From the NCBI GenBank assembly GCA_963733195.1, contig CAVTCR010000074.1:64001-128000 (forward strand): DNA of 64,000 nucleotides. Direction: 5' to 3'. Position numbers and translations under genes: made by a program. The notes under the pieces are model-generated. The model was given only the letters and a program-made list of their open reading frames with translations, did no database searches and was not told the origin of the DNA. The DNA is from an uncultured delta proteobacterium (lineage in GTDB: Bacteria; Desulfobacterota; Binatia; Bin18). Shown piece after piece: positions 38,503-49,572 of the stretch; within the stretch, counting starts at the first letter, position 1, and each line of letters begins with the position of its first letter.

Positions 38503-38533
38503 ATCAGACCATTAAAGATTAGCAGACAGGGTC

Positions 38534-38640
38534 TGCCACCCTGAGATCTTCGACAAACTCACCTGTGCCTGCGGCACTGGCGCAGGCAGGATAAATTCCA
38601 CGGAGGGTCTCTCAGAGAGATTCTTCACTCTATTCAGAAA
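38534..38640. repeat. Degenerate REP/MITE-like element with a nested CCTG..GCAGGCAGG palindrome
   Basis: TGCCACCCTGAG-ATCTTCGACAAACTC-[CCTGTGCCTGCG..CGCAGGCAGG]-ATAAATTCC..GGTCTC..GAGATTCTTC..TTCAGAA, between convergent genes. Confidence 0.5.
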
Positions 38641-39760
38641 ACGACGGCGCCACCAACGCTCGCGTCGTAACAAAGGGATCATCGCCGTTGCGCGCTGCCT
38701 TGGTTATTTTCTCCAATGTGTTACGCAAATTCTGTCCATTCTCTTGGTAAGCACGTTCAAAGAGGGCAAGCTCTTGCAGGTAGACCAGATACTGGAGAAT
38801 CACCGCATTATTGAGCTTGATCGTGGCTAGGTCAGCACCACGTCGCACCGTAACAGGTAAGCGACGAAATTCTTCTTGTACCTCTGTGAACACCTGCTCG
38901 CGTTGCTGAAGTTTCTCTCTTTCTGATAACGATGAGTTATACAATGCCTTGAGCCGTTCAGCCGCACTGGCAAGAAAATTGGCGACCGCAAGTTCACTTT
39001 CCCACACCGTCACAGCCTGGCGCGTGACCGCGGATTCACTCCCCTGTTCCTTGGTCAGAAAGGCGATAACCCCACGATGACCGGCAAAGTTCGCTAGCGA
39101 TTCGTTAAAAGCTGACTGCCCCTTCAGATAGAAAGTGGTATGAAACAGTTCGTGAATAATAATGTTCGCGAGCGTCCCTCCATCATACTTAAGGAGATGC
39201 GGCAGCAGTGGATCGGAGAACCATCCCAACGTACTAAAAGCTAAAGCTGGCCGGATATAAGTATCGTATCCTAGCGCTTCCAGCTTCTGGGCTTCCTGCT
39301 TAGCCTCATCCTGATTAAAGTAGCCCTTGTAAGCTACACGCCCAATGATCGGAAACCACCAGGTGTAGGGTTCCAATTTGGTGTGCGGAGCGGCAGTCAC
39401 GACGTAAACGATGGGAGGCTGCGCAATCTCAGTGAGTGTCTGATAGCTGCCGCCTGTTTTGAAGTCTAGTTCTTGCTCGACAAACTGTCGCACCCGTAGG
39501 ACCATTTCAAGTTTCTCGCGTGTCGTATTATCAAGACCTGGACGTGCAAGAACCTCGACTATAGGTCGACGGTACCAGAGGATTTTGGCCTCCTCGTAAC
39601 CAGCACGCAGGACATACGTGGGGGAACAAGCTGAGAGGAAAAGGAAAAAAGTAGCCAGTAGCCAGTAGGGTGAACCGTCCAGGATCCGAAGTCCGGCGTC
39701 CGCGGTCTCAGGCCCACAGGCATTCTTGTCGGTTAATTTTTGCCGCCTTCTAATCGCCAA
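38630..39760 (-). CDS. Putative zinc aminopeptidase lipoprotein (start uncertain)
   Basis: LSAC lipobox, WWFPI.G.V.Y.GYF, STLGWF.DP, HELFH, FNES.A.F. Confidence 0.85.
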   Translation of the reverse strand: MAIRRRQKLTDKNACGPETADAGLRILDGSPYWLLATFFLFLSACSPTYVLRAGYEEAKILWYRRPIVEVLARPGLDNTTREKLEMVLRVRQFVEQELDFKTGGSYQTLTEIAQPPIVYVVTAAPHTKLEPYTWWFPIIGRVAYKGYFNQDEAKQEAQKLEALGYDTYIRPALAFSTLGWFSDPLLPHLLKYDGGTLANIIIHELFHTTFYLKGQSAFNESLANFAGHRGVIAFLTKEQGSESAVTRQAVTVWESELAVANFLASAAERLKALYNSSLSEREKLQQREQVFTEVQEEFRRLPVTVRRGADLATIKLNNAVILQYLVYLQELALFERAYQENGQNLRNTLEKITKAARNGDDPFVTTRALVAPSFSE

Positions 39761-41561
39761 CCTCCGAAGGCTGAGGGCTTACTGCCGATAGCTGCTGACC
39801 ATACTGGAGTTGATATAAGCGCCAGTAAATGCCGCGTTGGTTGATGAGTTCTTGGTGGGTACCAATTTCACGCACTTGTCCTTTGTGGAGCACGATGATG
39901 CAATCAGCATATTGAATCGTAGAAAACCGATGAGCGATCACGACCGTAGTACGACCAGCCATTAACTTGGCCATAGCATCTTGAATCAACAACTCGGTCT
40001 CTGGATCAACACTTGACGTGGCTTCGTCAAGCACAAGAATCGCTGGATTATAGGCGAGCGCCCGGGCGAACGAGAGCAACTGGCGTTGTCCACCAGAAAG
40101 GTTCGATCCACGTTCGCGTATAGGTTCTTTATACCCACGTGGAAGTTGGTCAATAAACCGGTTCGCGTTGACATAGCTCGCCGCGCGTTCCACGTCTGCT
40201 TGTGTGATACCACTCCGCCCAAGAGTAATGTTTGTTGTTACATCACCGGCAAAGAGAAAGACATCTTGTAACACGACCCCGATTTGGCGACGGAGAGTTT
40301 TCAAGTCCCAATCGCGGACATCAACCCCGTCGATCAGAATTCGCCCATGCTGTACATCGGCAAAGCGATTAAGCAACTTACTGATCGTGCTCTTCCCCGC
40401 ACCAGTCGCGCCGACCAGTGCGATCTTTTGGCCAGGTTTAAGGGAGAACGAAACGTCACGCAGTACCCAGTCGTCTCCTTTGTACGCAAACCACACGTGG
40501 TCAAACACAATGTACCCCCGTACCTGCTCTGGCTCGCGCGGTTGCGATGGAGAGGCAATCGTTACCGGGGTGTCGAGCAATTGAAACACGCGCTCGACTG
40601 CGGTCATCGCCGATTGCATGGTGGTGTACTTGGTCCCAAACTCACGAATAGGTACGAAGAATTTCTGCAGATACTCGATGAACGCGACCAACGTTCCGAG
40701 CGCGACGACTCCCATACCAATTTGTACGGCCCCATACCACAACATCAGCGCAATCGAGATCGACCCCACGGCTTCGACAAGAGAGAATAGGGTCGCCTCA
40801 TACATGTTGGAAAGATGATTCGCATCACGGAACTCACGATTCCGCTCGTCGAATTCGGCGAACAGTTTCTTCTCTTGCGCGAAGAGTTGCACGACAGCAA
40901 TTCCCGAAAGAGTTTCCTGCAAGAACGCATTGATGCGTGCCAGACGTTCACGAATGACACGATAGGTGTCTCGTGAACGCACGCGGAAAAAGTTCATCGC
41001 GATCATCAGTGGTGGCAACAATGCAAGTGTTACAAGAGTGAGCTTCACATCGATCGTTAACATAATCACGACGATGCCAATTAAGGTCAGCACATCCATG
41101 AAGATCGTGAGCGTCCCTGCGGTAAACGCTTCGTTGATGGCATCGACGTCGGTCGTTAGACGCGTCACGAGACGACCGACTGGATTACGATCGAAGAAAC
41201 TAGCGGGTAACGTCTGGAGATGCGTAAACAATTCAATCCGGAGATCCGACAAACTGCGTTGGGCAACCGTCATCGTCGCCTGGTACTGAAGATAGAAAAA
41301 CACGAACTCACCGATGAGCGCAACGACAAACCACAGGCCAGCCCTCGCCAACCCCGCAGCGTCGTTGTGAGCAATGTAGTTATCGACGGCTAGTTTCAGA
41401 ATGTAAGGCTGGGCGAGCAGAAATGCCGAAGTCAGCGGGAGGCAGATGATCGAGAGGATAAACTGCCCACGATACGGACGGACGTAACGCCACAATCGTC
41501 GCAGCAGTGCGACATCATACGTTTTCCCTAGTGCCTCCTCGCGTTGTCCGTCGTGCGTCAT
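39750..41561 (-). CDS. ABC exporter, fused TMD-NBD (MdlB-like half)
   Basis: GATGAGKST, LSGGQ, LDEATS, AHR. Confidence 0.93.
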   Translation of the reverse strand: MTHDGQREEALGKTYDVALLRRLWRYVRPYRGQFILSIICLPLTSAFLLAQPYILKLAVDNYIAHNDAAGLARAGLWFVVALIGEFVFFYLQYQATMTVAQRSLSDLRIELFTHLQTLPASFFDRNPVGRLVTRLTTDVDAINEAFTAGTLTIFMDVLTLIGIVVIMLTIDVKLTLVTLALLPPLMIAMNFFRVRSRDTYRVIRERLARINAFLQETLSGIAVVQLFAQEKKLFAEFDERNREFRDANHLSNMYEATLFSLVEAVGSISIALMLWYGAVQIGMGVVALGTLVAFIEYLQKFFVPIREFGTKYTTMQSAMTAVERVFQLLDTPVTIASPSQPREPEQVRGYIVFDHVWFAYKGDDWVLRDVSFSLKPGQKIALVGATGAGKSTISKLLNRFADVQHGRILIDGVDVRDWDLKTLRRQIGVVLQDVFLFAGDVTTNITLGRSGITQADVERAASYVNANRFIDQLPRGYKEPIRERGSNLSGGQRQLLSFARALAYNPAILVLDEATSSVDPETELLIQDAMAKLMAGRTTVVIAHRFSTIQYADCIIVLHKGQVREIGTHQELINQRGIYWRLYQLQYGQQLSAVSPQPSEVGD

Positions 41562-43297
41562 AGCTCAGCTAATTCTTCTTCCAATGCCTGTTGCTGAAAG
41601 ATATCTGCATAAATCCCACTGCGTTCAACGAGCTGCGTATGGGTGCCAGTTTCGACGACACGACCATCCTCAAGAACGATAATCATATCCGCATCACGGA
41701 CCGCAGATATGCGATGGGAAATCACCACCACAGTCTTATCGCGGGTCGCCGCACGCAACCCACGGAGAATTTCCCGTTCAGTCTGCACGTCAACACTCGA
41801 CAACGCATCGTCCAACACCAGAATCGGTGGATCAGCGAGCAGTGCGCGTGCCAAGGTCATCCGCTGTTTTTGTCCACCAGACAGGGTAACCCCCCGTTCG
41901 CCGACAACGGTGTCGTAACCGCGAGGAAAATCCGTAATCTCCTGGTCGAGATGGGCAACACGTGCAGCCCATCGCACCCGCTCCATATCGACTGCGGGCA
42001 AGGAGAACGCAATGTTATCTTTGATCCGGGTCGAAAACAGAAACGGGTCTTGCGGCACGAAGCCGACCCAACGCCGCAATGCCGCCAAAGAACAGGTACG
42101 AATATCTTGGCCATCAATCCTGATTGTTCCATTTTGGATATCAAACAAACGCGGGAGTAATTGCACCAAGGTACTTTTTCCTGACCCCATGCGTCCGACG
42201 ATCGCGACGGTCGCTCCGGCGGGAATCGTAAAGTTGATGTCGCGTAACACTAAGTGACCATTGAGTTGCGCACGATAGCCAAAGTCGACGTGTTGAAAGT
42301 CAATCTCTCCACGAATCTGTCGTGCCAAACCGTCCCCTTGGCCATCAACGATCTCAGGTTGCGCCTGAAAGATCGCCTCCAAGCGTTTCAACGCCGCTTG
42401 TCCACGTTGAAAGATAGAGATCAGCCAGCCCAGGGCCATGGTCGGCCAAGCTAACAGATGGAGATATCCCATGAAGGCAACAAGGTCGCCCAAACTGAGG
42501 CGACCAGCGATCACGTGCGAACCACCGTACCAGAGCACGATCAAGAGACCAAGGCCAGACACCGCTTTCATGAGCGGTGGGAACAGGCCACGCACGCGCG
42601 CGAGACTCATACTCTCTTCACGAAAAATATCGTTGAGACGCGTAAACTCTGCAGCTTGCCAGTCTTCGCGAACGTAAGCGCGTATGACGTGCATGCCACT
42701 TACAGATTCTTGCACCCGAGTCGAGAGGTTTGCCAGTCCTTCTTGGACTTTCAGCGTTTTCTCCATCATCTGCCGGCTCATGCGTTTGACGAACAACAAC
42801 ATGAATGGGTATGTCGCCAAGGCAGCCAATGTTAGCTGGGGATCCATCATCACCATCGCAGAGACCGCGTAGACGTAATACAGAGGGGTGTTTAACAGGT
42901 TGAGAATACCGAGTCCTAAGAGCAGGCGCACTGCGGTCACGTCGTTCACCAAGCGTGACATCAAATCGCCAATCGCCTGACGTTGATAATAGCCCAGCGA
43001 GAGTTTTTGCAGGTGGGCAAAGAGATCATTGCGCAATTGGTATTCGATATCGCGTCCGACGTTGAAGATCATAAAGCGTGAGATCGACCGCACAATGCCT
43101 TGGACACAAGCGATGCCAATGATTACCAGCACATAAAACAGCACGTCATGAAACGAACGGTGCTGTTGAATTGCTTCGATAGTCCACTTGAGCAACAGGG
43201 GAATCGACATCGCCAGGGTCGCGGAGGCGATCAGGCAGAGAATCCCGCGCGCATAGCGGGCACGGTAGCGGACGATGTAACCCCACAGACGGTGCAT
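41558..43297 (-). CDS. ABC exporter, fused TMD-NBD (MdlA-like half, degenerate Walker B)
   Basis: GRMGSGKST, LSGGQ, LDDALS; ATGA overlap with its partner. Confidence 0.93.
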   Translation of the reverse strand: MHRLWGYIVRYRARYARGILCLIASATLAMSIPLLLKWTIEAIQQHRSFHDVLFYVLVIIGIACVQGIVRSISRFMIFNVGRDIEYQLRNDLFAHLQKLSLGYYQRQAIGDLMSRLVNDVTAVRLLLGLGILNLLNTPLYYVYAVSAMVMMDPQLTLAALATYPFMLLFVKRMSRQMMEKTLKVQEGLANLSTRVQESVSGMHVIRAYVREDWQAAEFTRLNDIFREESMSLARVRGLFPPLMKAVSGLGLLIVLWYGGSHVIAGRLSLGDLVAFMGYLHLLAWPTMALGWLISIFQRGQAALKRLEAIFQAQPEIVDGQGDGLARQIRGEIDFQHVDFGYRAQLNGHLVLRDINFTIPAGATVAIVGRMGSGKSTLVQLLPRLFDIQNGTIRIDGQDIRTCSLAALRRWVGFVPQDPFLFSTRIKDNIAFSLPAVDMERVRWAARVAHLDQEITDFPRGYDTVVGERGVTLSGGQKQRMTLARALLADPPILVLDDALSSVDVQTEREILRGLRAATRDKTVVVISHRISAVRDADMIIVLEDGRVVETGTHTQLVERSGIYADIFQQQALEEELAEL

Positions 43298-43398
43298 GTT
43301 GTGTAGTTTTCACCATATCGACGAGACCAAGGAGCAGCAAGGGCTTTAGGAAATGAAGAGTGAAGAATGACTGATTTTCTCATCTTAATTCTCAACTC

Positions 43399-44653
43399 TT
43401 AACTCTTCATTCTTAACTCTTCTCTTTCCTGTCCCATCCGCGCCATAAGCCCAGCAATAGCCCACATGACAATAACGACTTCGGCGTCGCCGAAATTGTG
43501 CTGCGTCAGACCACCAATCAGAAAGCCGATGATACTGAGAAAGGCGCCTAGAATCATGCTGCGGAACGGTTCATCCCCGGGAGGTATACATTGATAGGTT
43601 TCCCATCCCAGACGAAGCAACGACCAGAAGAAAAACAGAAAGGCTGCCAATCCAAGTAGACCGATATCGACTCCCACTTGGAGAAAAGTGTTGTGCGCAT
43701 GGCCAGTGTGATCCGCCTGCGGATGCTGTTCGTAGAAGGGATCGCGGAATTTGCGATAATTCCCATAGCCCCACCCTAGCAATGGTCGCTCCTTGATCAT
43801 CTCGATATTTGCTTGCCAGATATGACTCCGTGGGAGGTTCTGAACAAAATCGAAGGTTGACTGGAAACGCTCCTGGACGCCTGCTCCGGCAGTGATGAGA
43901 AAAAGACCAAAGACGAGCACCCCACCCGTCACCCCGGCCAACGTTTTGCCACCACGGATAACTCCGAGAAGAAACAACACGACAAGGTAGGCCAACCACA
44001 CCCCACGAGTCAGAGAAAATAACAGGGCAAACACCATCAAGCTCCATCCTACCGTAAGCAACAGTCGTTGGCGGAGTGCAAGCCCTGCACCTGACAACCA
44101 AACCGTCATAAACGTTAGAGGAAACAACAGATTGTGAGCAAAAGTAATCCCGGAAGGGTGAAAGCCTTTTGTACGCCATCCCTCGTCCTGCCCAAACCAG
44201 AAGGGGTCGAGTGAGGGCGGTTTCCCACGTAACTGTTTGTTGAGATCGATTCCCGTGTAGTGCTGTACGATGCCATACGCAGCGACCACACTTGCCACTA
44301 TCGCCAACAGCGAGATAAGGCGTTCAACGTCTTTGGGCTTCTGGATCAGTGTTGCCGTGACAAAGAATGCACCGACCAACCACAGCTTCCGATACCCAAG
44401 CAGTGAGTTTCCTACCGCAGGACAGAACACCGTCGAAAGCAGGAACGCACTAAACAGTAGAAGGAGTGGACGATCAAGCGCTGTTGTCGGCCACCGCCGT
44501 TCTCGCCAACAAAGTATCGCACTCACCACAAGCACAAAGGGCAAGTGATCCTTGCTGAAAAGCAACCGGTAACGAGAACGTAGCAAAGAACAATGACAGG
44601 AATACAAAGGGCGTCAACTTGGAACTGAGAGTTATCCCAGTAACACGCGGCAC
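43399..44653 (-). CDS. waaL: O-antigen ligase / Wzy_C family protein; +1 frameshift near 44539
   Basis: Many TM helices, SLTRG.W, R..IW, P.LG.G.G, HAHN..LQ...G. N-terminus from GTG 44653 (PRVTGITL...FQQGSLA) joins FVLVVS after removing one C. Confidence 0.8.
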
Positions 44654-44657
44654 TCGT

Positions 44658-46103
44658 TCACACTCCCTTGCGTGTTAACATCACCTTCACGGTTTCGGCC
44701 ATTATCCGCATGTCTAACCACAAGGAGTAATTGTAAATATACGCAAGATCATATTTGAGTTTGTATTCTGCTGTCGTGTGGTATTCACCATTCACTTGCG
44801 CGAGTCCAGTGAGTCCAGGTTTGACTTGCAAACGTTCGGCGTATCCTGGAATCGTCCGCAAGAATCCCTCGACGAATTCTGGGCGCTCGGGTCGTGGACC
44901 GACCAAACTCATTGTGCCATTCAATACGTTAAAGAGTTGTGGAAGCTCGTCAATACGCATGGCCCGCAAGAAACGACCTACAGGCGTGATTCGTTCGTCA
45001 TCCGCTCCTGCAAGTACCGGCCCAGTTGTGGCCTCTGCTCGATCGACCATCGTACGCAGCTTGTACATCACAAACTCTTTACTGTCGCGCCCAACCCGGC
45101 GTTGACGATAGAACGTCGGCCCAGCCGATGTGAGTTTGATACAACACACGGCGACACATAACACAGGCAGGCTGAGCAGCAAAAGCACCGCCGCAATCCC
45201 AACATCCACCACTTCCTTGATAAGGAACGCGAGGTCCTCCTGTGGGTCTTTCAGGACTTCCACCAACGGCACATCGTGCAACCGTAACGTTGATACGCGA
45301 CCGACTAAAATGTCATATACTGACGGTACCACTAACACCCGAGGACGGTCCTCATTCTCTCGCCATCCGCCCGAAGAGCGTACCAAACTATCGATAAACG
45401 AATCTTTCCAGGTCGGCTGTGAAAGAAGAATCACCTCCTCGATACTATGTTGACGCATGAGTTGAGGAAGATCCTCCACACTACCGAGCCATGGCACAGA
45501 TGGGTGCGCGGCGACCGGTGTCGGTCCATCAACGGTCACCAATCCGACCAGTATCAGCCCCGGCGTATGGAAAACTTCTGGGAGTCCAGCTAAGAAGGTA
45601 CGGAGTTCCTCTGTCGCACCAACCAACAGCACACGAAGTGGTCGCACGCGCGCGAGCCAACGCACTACCCATATGCGAAGGATCGTCACTCCCACGGTAT
45701 TGAGTATCCATAACAAGACAAGCACAGAGCGGGGAAAGAACAGATCGCCCCGGAAAAAATACCACGCGGATGTCGCGAGCAACTGCACGCCTAACGCTGC
45801 TGCAACATTGGTCACTAATCGTGTTCGATGCACCAAAGCGTGAAGGTCGTAAAAACCAAAAAAGTACAGCAGAATGATTTGTGACGCTGCAAGGATGAAC
45901 AACGGATGATTGACTTCGGTAAAACGAACCGATGGTAGGAGATCTGCGGTAAAAGGGAACGACACATGAATACGCAGCGCAAAAGCGAGGAGGTAGACCA
46001 AGAGGACGCAGAGAATATCTGCCAGCATCAAGACCAGCAGCGTGGTCTGGTACCGTAGTGTCGGTCGTCGTACTGTTGTCCCTGCTAGGGCAGTGTCTGC
46101 CAT
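44658..46103 (-). CDS. Undecaprenyl-phosphate glycosylphosphotransferase (WcaJ/WbaP family)
   Basis: FYRQ.RVG, K.RTM, D.RIT.VG.FLR..RIDELPQL.NVL.G.MSLVGPRPE, KPGLTG.AQ. Confidence 0.95.
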   Translation of the reverse strand: MADTALAGTTVRRPTLRYQTTLLVLMLADILCVLLVYLLAFALRIHVSFPFTADLLPSVRFTEVNHPLFILAASQIILLYFFGFYDLHALVHRTRLVTNVAAALGVQLLATSAWYFFRGDLFFPRSVLVLLWILNTVGVTILRIWVVRWLARVRPLRVLLVGATEELRTFLAGLPEVFHTPGLILVGLVTVDGPTPVAAHPSVPWLGSVEDLPQLMRQHSIEEVILLSQPTWKDSFIDSLVRSSGGWRENEDRPRVLVVPSVYDILVGRVSTLRLHDVPLVEVLKDPQEDLAFLIKEVVDVGIAAVLLLLSLPVLCVAVCCIKLTSAGPTFYRQRRVGRDSKEFVMYKLRTMVDRAEATTGPVLAGADDERITPVGRFLRAMRIDELPQLFNVLNGTMSLVGPRPERPEFVEGFLRTIPGYAERLQVKPGLTGLAQVNGEYHTTAEYKLKYDLAYIYNYSLWLDMRIMAETVKVMLTRKGV

Positions 46104-46113
46104 ACTGTGTTGT

Positions 46114-46944
46114 TTACAAAGGGGAAGGTGTATGAAGAGGCTGAACGTCTTCTAAACGACGATAGAGCCGCTGCCGAGAAAACAGGTACCGATGTTTCCA
46201 GAAGTAGTAGCTTATTCCCCACAGATGTTTCCAACTCAGCCCGGAAAATAATGAGCGCGCCACTCGGCGCTCCTTATGAATGACCACCGCCTCCGGGTTG
46301 TAGATCACCTGCCACCCAGCTTGTCGTAGACGCAAACAGAAGTCGACATCTTCTGGTCCATAAAAAATCTTCTCATCCAGCAGCCCTACGGTCATCAGTG
46401 CTTCACGACGAATGACTTGGCACGCACCAATCACATAGTCAACTGCACGGATGGAACTATGATCCCATTCGGCCATCTCGGTCTCGCGTCGAAGTTGCTG
46501 GACCTTCGCGACTGGCATCTGTCGTGCAAGCTTATCGAGCAGTGTCGGATAAAAACGACAAGTGAGATGGAGTTGCCCTTCAAGGTCAGTAAGTTTCGGC
46601 GCACACAGCCCCACTCGGGGATGAGTATTCATATAGGCAATGAGACGATCGAACGCGCTGGGTTCCACAGCAGTGTCGTCATCAAGCAGGATAATATATT
46701 CCCCTTGTGCAACTCTGATGCCTTGATTCCGTCCGGGAGCAACGCCACGATTGTCTCTGTTCACCATGAGTTGCATCCACGGAAACTCAAAACGTAAAGA
46801 AGCAGGAGTATATCCACGCGAGCCGTTATCGACGACAAGGACTTCATACGGACAGGTAGTGATAGCCTGCGGAAGAGACAGCAAACATCCACGCAAGAGG
46901 TCCGTCGAGTTCCACGTCAGAATTACAATCGAAGCTTTGATCAC
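46114..46944 (-). CDS. GT2 glycosyltransferase (WbbL/rhamnosyltransferase-like)
   Basis: VDNGS, N.G, LLDDD, GAC, GLLDE..F...EDVD.C.R. Confidence 0.88.
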   Translation of the reverse strand: MIKASIVILTWNSTDLLRGCLLSLPQAITTCPYEVLVVDNGSRGYTPASLRFEFPWMQLMVNRDNRGVAPGRNQGIRVAQGEYIILLDDDTAVEPSAFDRLIAYMNTHPRVGLCAPKLTDLEGQLHLTCRFYPTLLDKLARQMPVAKVQQLRRETEMAEWDHSSIRAVDYVIGACQVIRREALMTVGLLDEKIFYGPEDVDFCLRLRQAGWQVIYNPEAVVIHKERRVARSLFSGLSWKHLWGISYYFWKHRYLFSRQRLYRRLEDVQPLHTPSPL

Positions 46945-46949
46945 TACTG

Positions 46950-47961
46950 TTACCCCCTCCACCCTTTCGTCGATGAGAACGGACGATACAAAGAGTAAAA
47001 ATCTTTGCGAGTTAACGCCAGTCGTGCCCACAGACGCGCGACACCCTTGATCCCCAAAGACAGCAGCACCAATGGATATTCACGGATAGAGAGTGCGCGC
47101 CAGAAATGCGGCCAGTGGTACTGAGCAATCGGCCCCGCAACGAGCAGCTTCCTATGCTCTCGCAGAATCTGCAGCTTCCCACCCTCTGTTCGTACTCGTT
47201 CGGCAAAATAATCGCGCCATGTCATTGGAGGTACGAAAAAAACCTGCGCATGCAGTTCTTTAGTCATATGCGACCGACCGACCGCCACTGTTAGCCATGC
47301 GTCTTCGAGCAAGAGATTGTCTGGAATTCCATTCGGAAGCACAGTTTTACGCAGCAAGAGCAGTCGTCCTCCAGCATTGCCAAAATTAAAGCGGTAGGGA
47401 ATCGCGCCCATCCGACCCCACAGGGTACCACCATCGGGCAGAAATGGGACTTCCTGTGCGGCAACCAAGTTCAGCGTAGGCTCTTGCTGCATTCGTGTAT
47501 AGAGCGCGTACACAGAGTTACGGTCAATTCGCACATCCGCATCAGAAAAAAGCACCATGGTCCCCTGTGCCCATCGCCAGAGGGTGTTCCAGGCTGGAGG
47601 TTTGCCCTTACGTTCGGTCAGTAAGATAGTGCAACGAGGAAAGGTTCTCGGTCCCCTCTCCTCTAGTGGGAAAGGGACAGGGCGAGGGGACCTATACTCG
47701 TCCCCTGCCCCTTCCTCATACTCTACCCACATTTCCTCACACTTCACCTGGTGCCGCTGACAAAACTCACGCATCGCCGTTAATGGGACGCATTCTTCTC
47801 CTAAGCGAATGCCATTGATGCAAATCAGTAGCTCAGTAATGAGCCCTGCGGGCAACCGCTGATGCAGGCATGCTTCGTGCACGCTTTCTAAGTGTTGTTC
47901 TGAGTCCAGGCTCACTCCCACGACAGGGAATAGCAATTGATAAGGAGTCTTGTATAAGCAT
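46950..47961 (-). CDS. GT2-like glycosyltransferase; +1 frameshift near 47890
   Basis: ATG 47961 with GAGGA RBS gives SIAIPCRGSE..LRTTL; continues ESVHEAC...GK..AWN...FSDAD...ED in the +1 frame. Confidence 0.75.
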
Positions 47962-48006
47962 CGTCCTCAGCCGAAACCCCTGACATTGGCACACACTACA
48001 CGAATA

Positions 48007-48102
48007 CCGCTCGTGCTGAGCGTAGCCCGAAGGGCGGAGTCGAAGCATGCGTTGTTAACCAATACCTTCATCCTTCGACTTCGCTTCGCTCAGGACGAAC
48101 GG
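48007..48102. repeat. Palindromic REP-like element (CTTCGAC...GCTCAG family)
   Basis: CCGCTCGTGCTGAGCG / CGCTCAGGACGAACGG outer arms; AGTCGAAG / CTTCGACT inner arms; intergenic. Confidence 0.7.
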
Positions 48103-48133
48103 AGCAACTATCCATCAGCGTAGTGTACGAATA

Positions 48134-49480
48134 TTATGAGATTTGATCGATAAGCTTACGATAGTATCCTTCGATTGCTTCAGCATCGGCTGCAATAGAC
48201 TGAACCGGAGGAAAGTGCTGCGATAGTTTCCCCACCAACGAGGGATCGGTGATGAACCGCTCCAAAGTCCGACGCAAATCCCCAACATCGCGCGGGCGGA
48301 AGAGCAAGCCATTCACACCATCCTGTATCCACTCCGGCATGCCACCGAAGGCAGCTGTCACAACAGGTTTTTTCGCTAGAAACGCCTCACGGATAACCAG
48401 TGGGGCGTTCTCGTACCAGATCGACGGAACTACCACGACATCGACCTCTCCGAGAATGCGCCCAACCTCATGATGCTCGTAGCGTCCCATCATACGGATG
48501 TGGGGGGAACTACGAAGCTGAGCAAGGAACTGTGCTCGGTCCGGATAAGGAGCGTAGTCAGCTTCGCCACCGTAAATACGCAGCTCTGCTCCTGTTAACG
48601 GGACAGCAGCCTCAACTAGGTGATGAACGCCTTTCACCGGGTCAACAACTCCAATATAGCCAAAGATCACAGGATCATGGGGCTGCCGTTTTCTGCCATT
48701 CTGGAGCATCATCGGTGGTAGCCCACACTCCGCAAAGAGAATCTTTTCCGATGGAATACCGAACGCCAAGAACTGTTCTCGGAGGAATTGCGACGGCGCC
48801 AGAAAGAGTGATACAGCTTTACAGATCTCACGGATATGCGCCATACGTTGAGCAATCTGCAAGCATGCCTCAGCCGAAGGTCGGCGATGAGTAACGTACT
48901 TTGCATATACCCAACGGAGCCGATCTCTCAACCAACGATGTTTTCCCGGGGCGAGCCTCAGTTTTTGATATATTGGGATCAGTTGCCTAGACAGCAGATA
49001 TCCAAAACAGCGCGCGCATCCCTCATCCGTTTGACCTGAACACACCGAAAGATCAGGCTTGAGAAATCGACCACGCTGGCAGATGAGCCAGTAATCGTGC
49101 AGGGTCATCACAACTGGGATTCTTCGTCGTGCAGTCTCCTCAACGCAAGTGGTCGAAAGATACATCAAGTGATGGAAGTGTACGACCTCTGGGGTGACAG
49201 CATCCAGGAAAGCGCTAAATTGCTCAGCAATGTCTGGATTGAGATAACTCCGGGTAAAGGTATTGAGGCGGGTGAAGGTGTTATTGACTCTCGTCACTGG
49301 CAAACCGTCGTAGCTAACCGTATCTACTGCACCCTCAGGTCGGTGGGGGTCATTCACGCGGGTGAAGACCTGGACCTCGTGCCTACGACGACGCAGTGCA
49401 GTAGCCAAGTGCGCTGCATACATCTCCGTCCCACCTAAACTTTCTGGTGGCATGCCTTGGACAACATGGAGGATCTGCAC
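48134..49480 (-). CDS. GT4 glycosyltransferase
   Basis: GGTE.Y, VHFHH, LHDYWLIC, KG, PS.WYEN.PLVI.EA, NGLLF. Confidence 0.9.
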   Translation of the reverse strand: MQILHVVQGMPPESLGGTEMYAAHLATALRRRRHEVQVFTRVNDPHRPEGAVDTVSYDGLPVTRVNNTFTRLNTFTRSYLNPDIAEQFSAFLDAVTPEVVHFHHLMYLSTTCVEETARRRIPVVMTLHDYWLICQRGRFLKPDLSVCSGQTDEGCARCFGYLLSRQLIPIYQKLRLAPGKHRWLRDRLRWVYAKYVTHRRPSAEACLQIAQRMAHIREICKAVSLFLAPSQFLREQFLAFGIPSEKILFAECGLPPMMLQNGRKRQPHDPVIFGYIGVVDPVKGVHHLVEAAVPLTGAELRIYGGEADYAPYPDRAQFLAQLRSSPHIRMMGRYEHHEVGRILGEVDVVVVPSIWYENAPLVIREAFLAKKPVVTAAFGGMPEWIQDGVNGLLFRPRDVGDLRRTLERFITDPSLVGKLSQHFPPVQSIAADAEAIEGYYRKLIDQIS

Positions 49481-49572
49481 GAGTGATATCCTTTTCCTTC
49501 TCTTCTATACCCAAACGGCACGGACAGCAGAAGAAGTGCCTTCCGGAAACATTGTTGTCCGTGGTTATCACC

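Noticed and set aside
41558-43297. Inactivated ABC ATPase (LDD instead of LDE)
   Set aside because: One degenerate site is normal in heterodimeric exporters, and the partner retains LDE.
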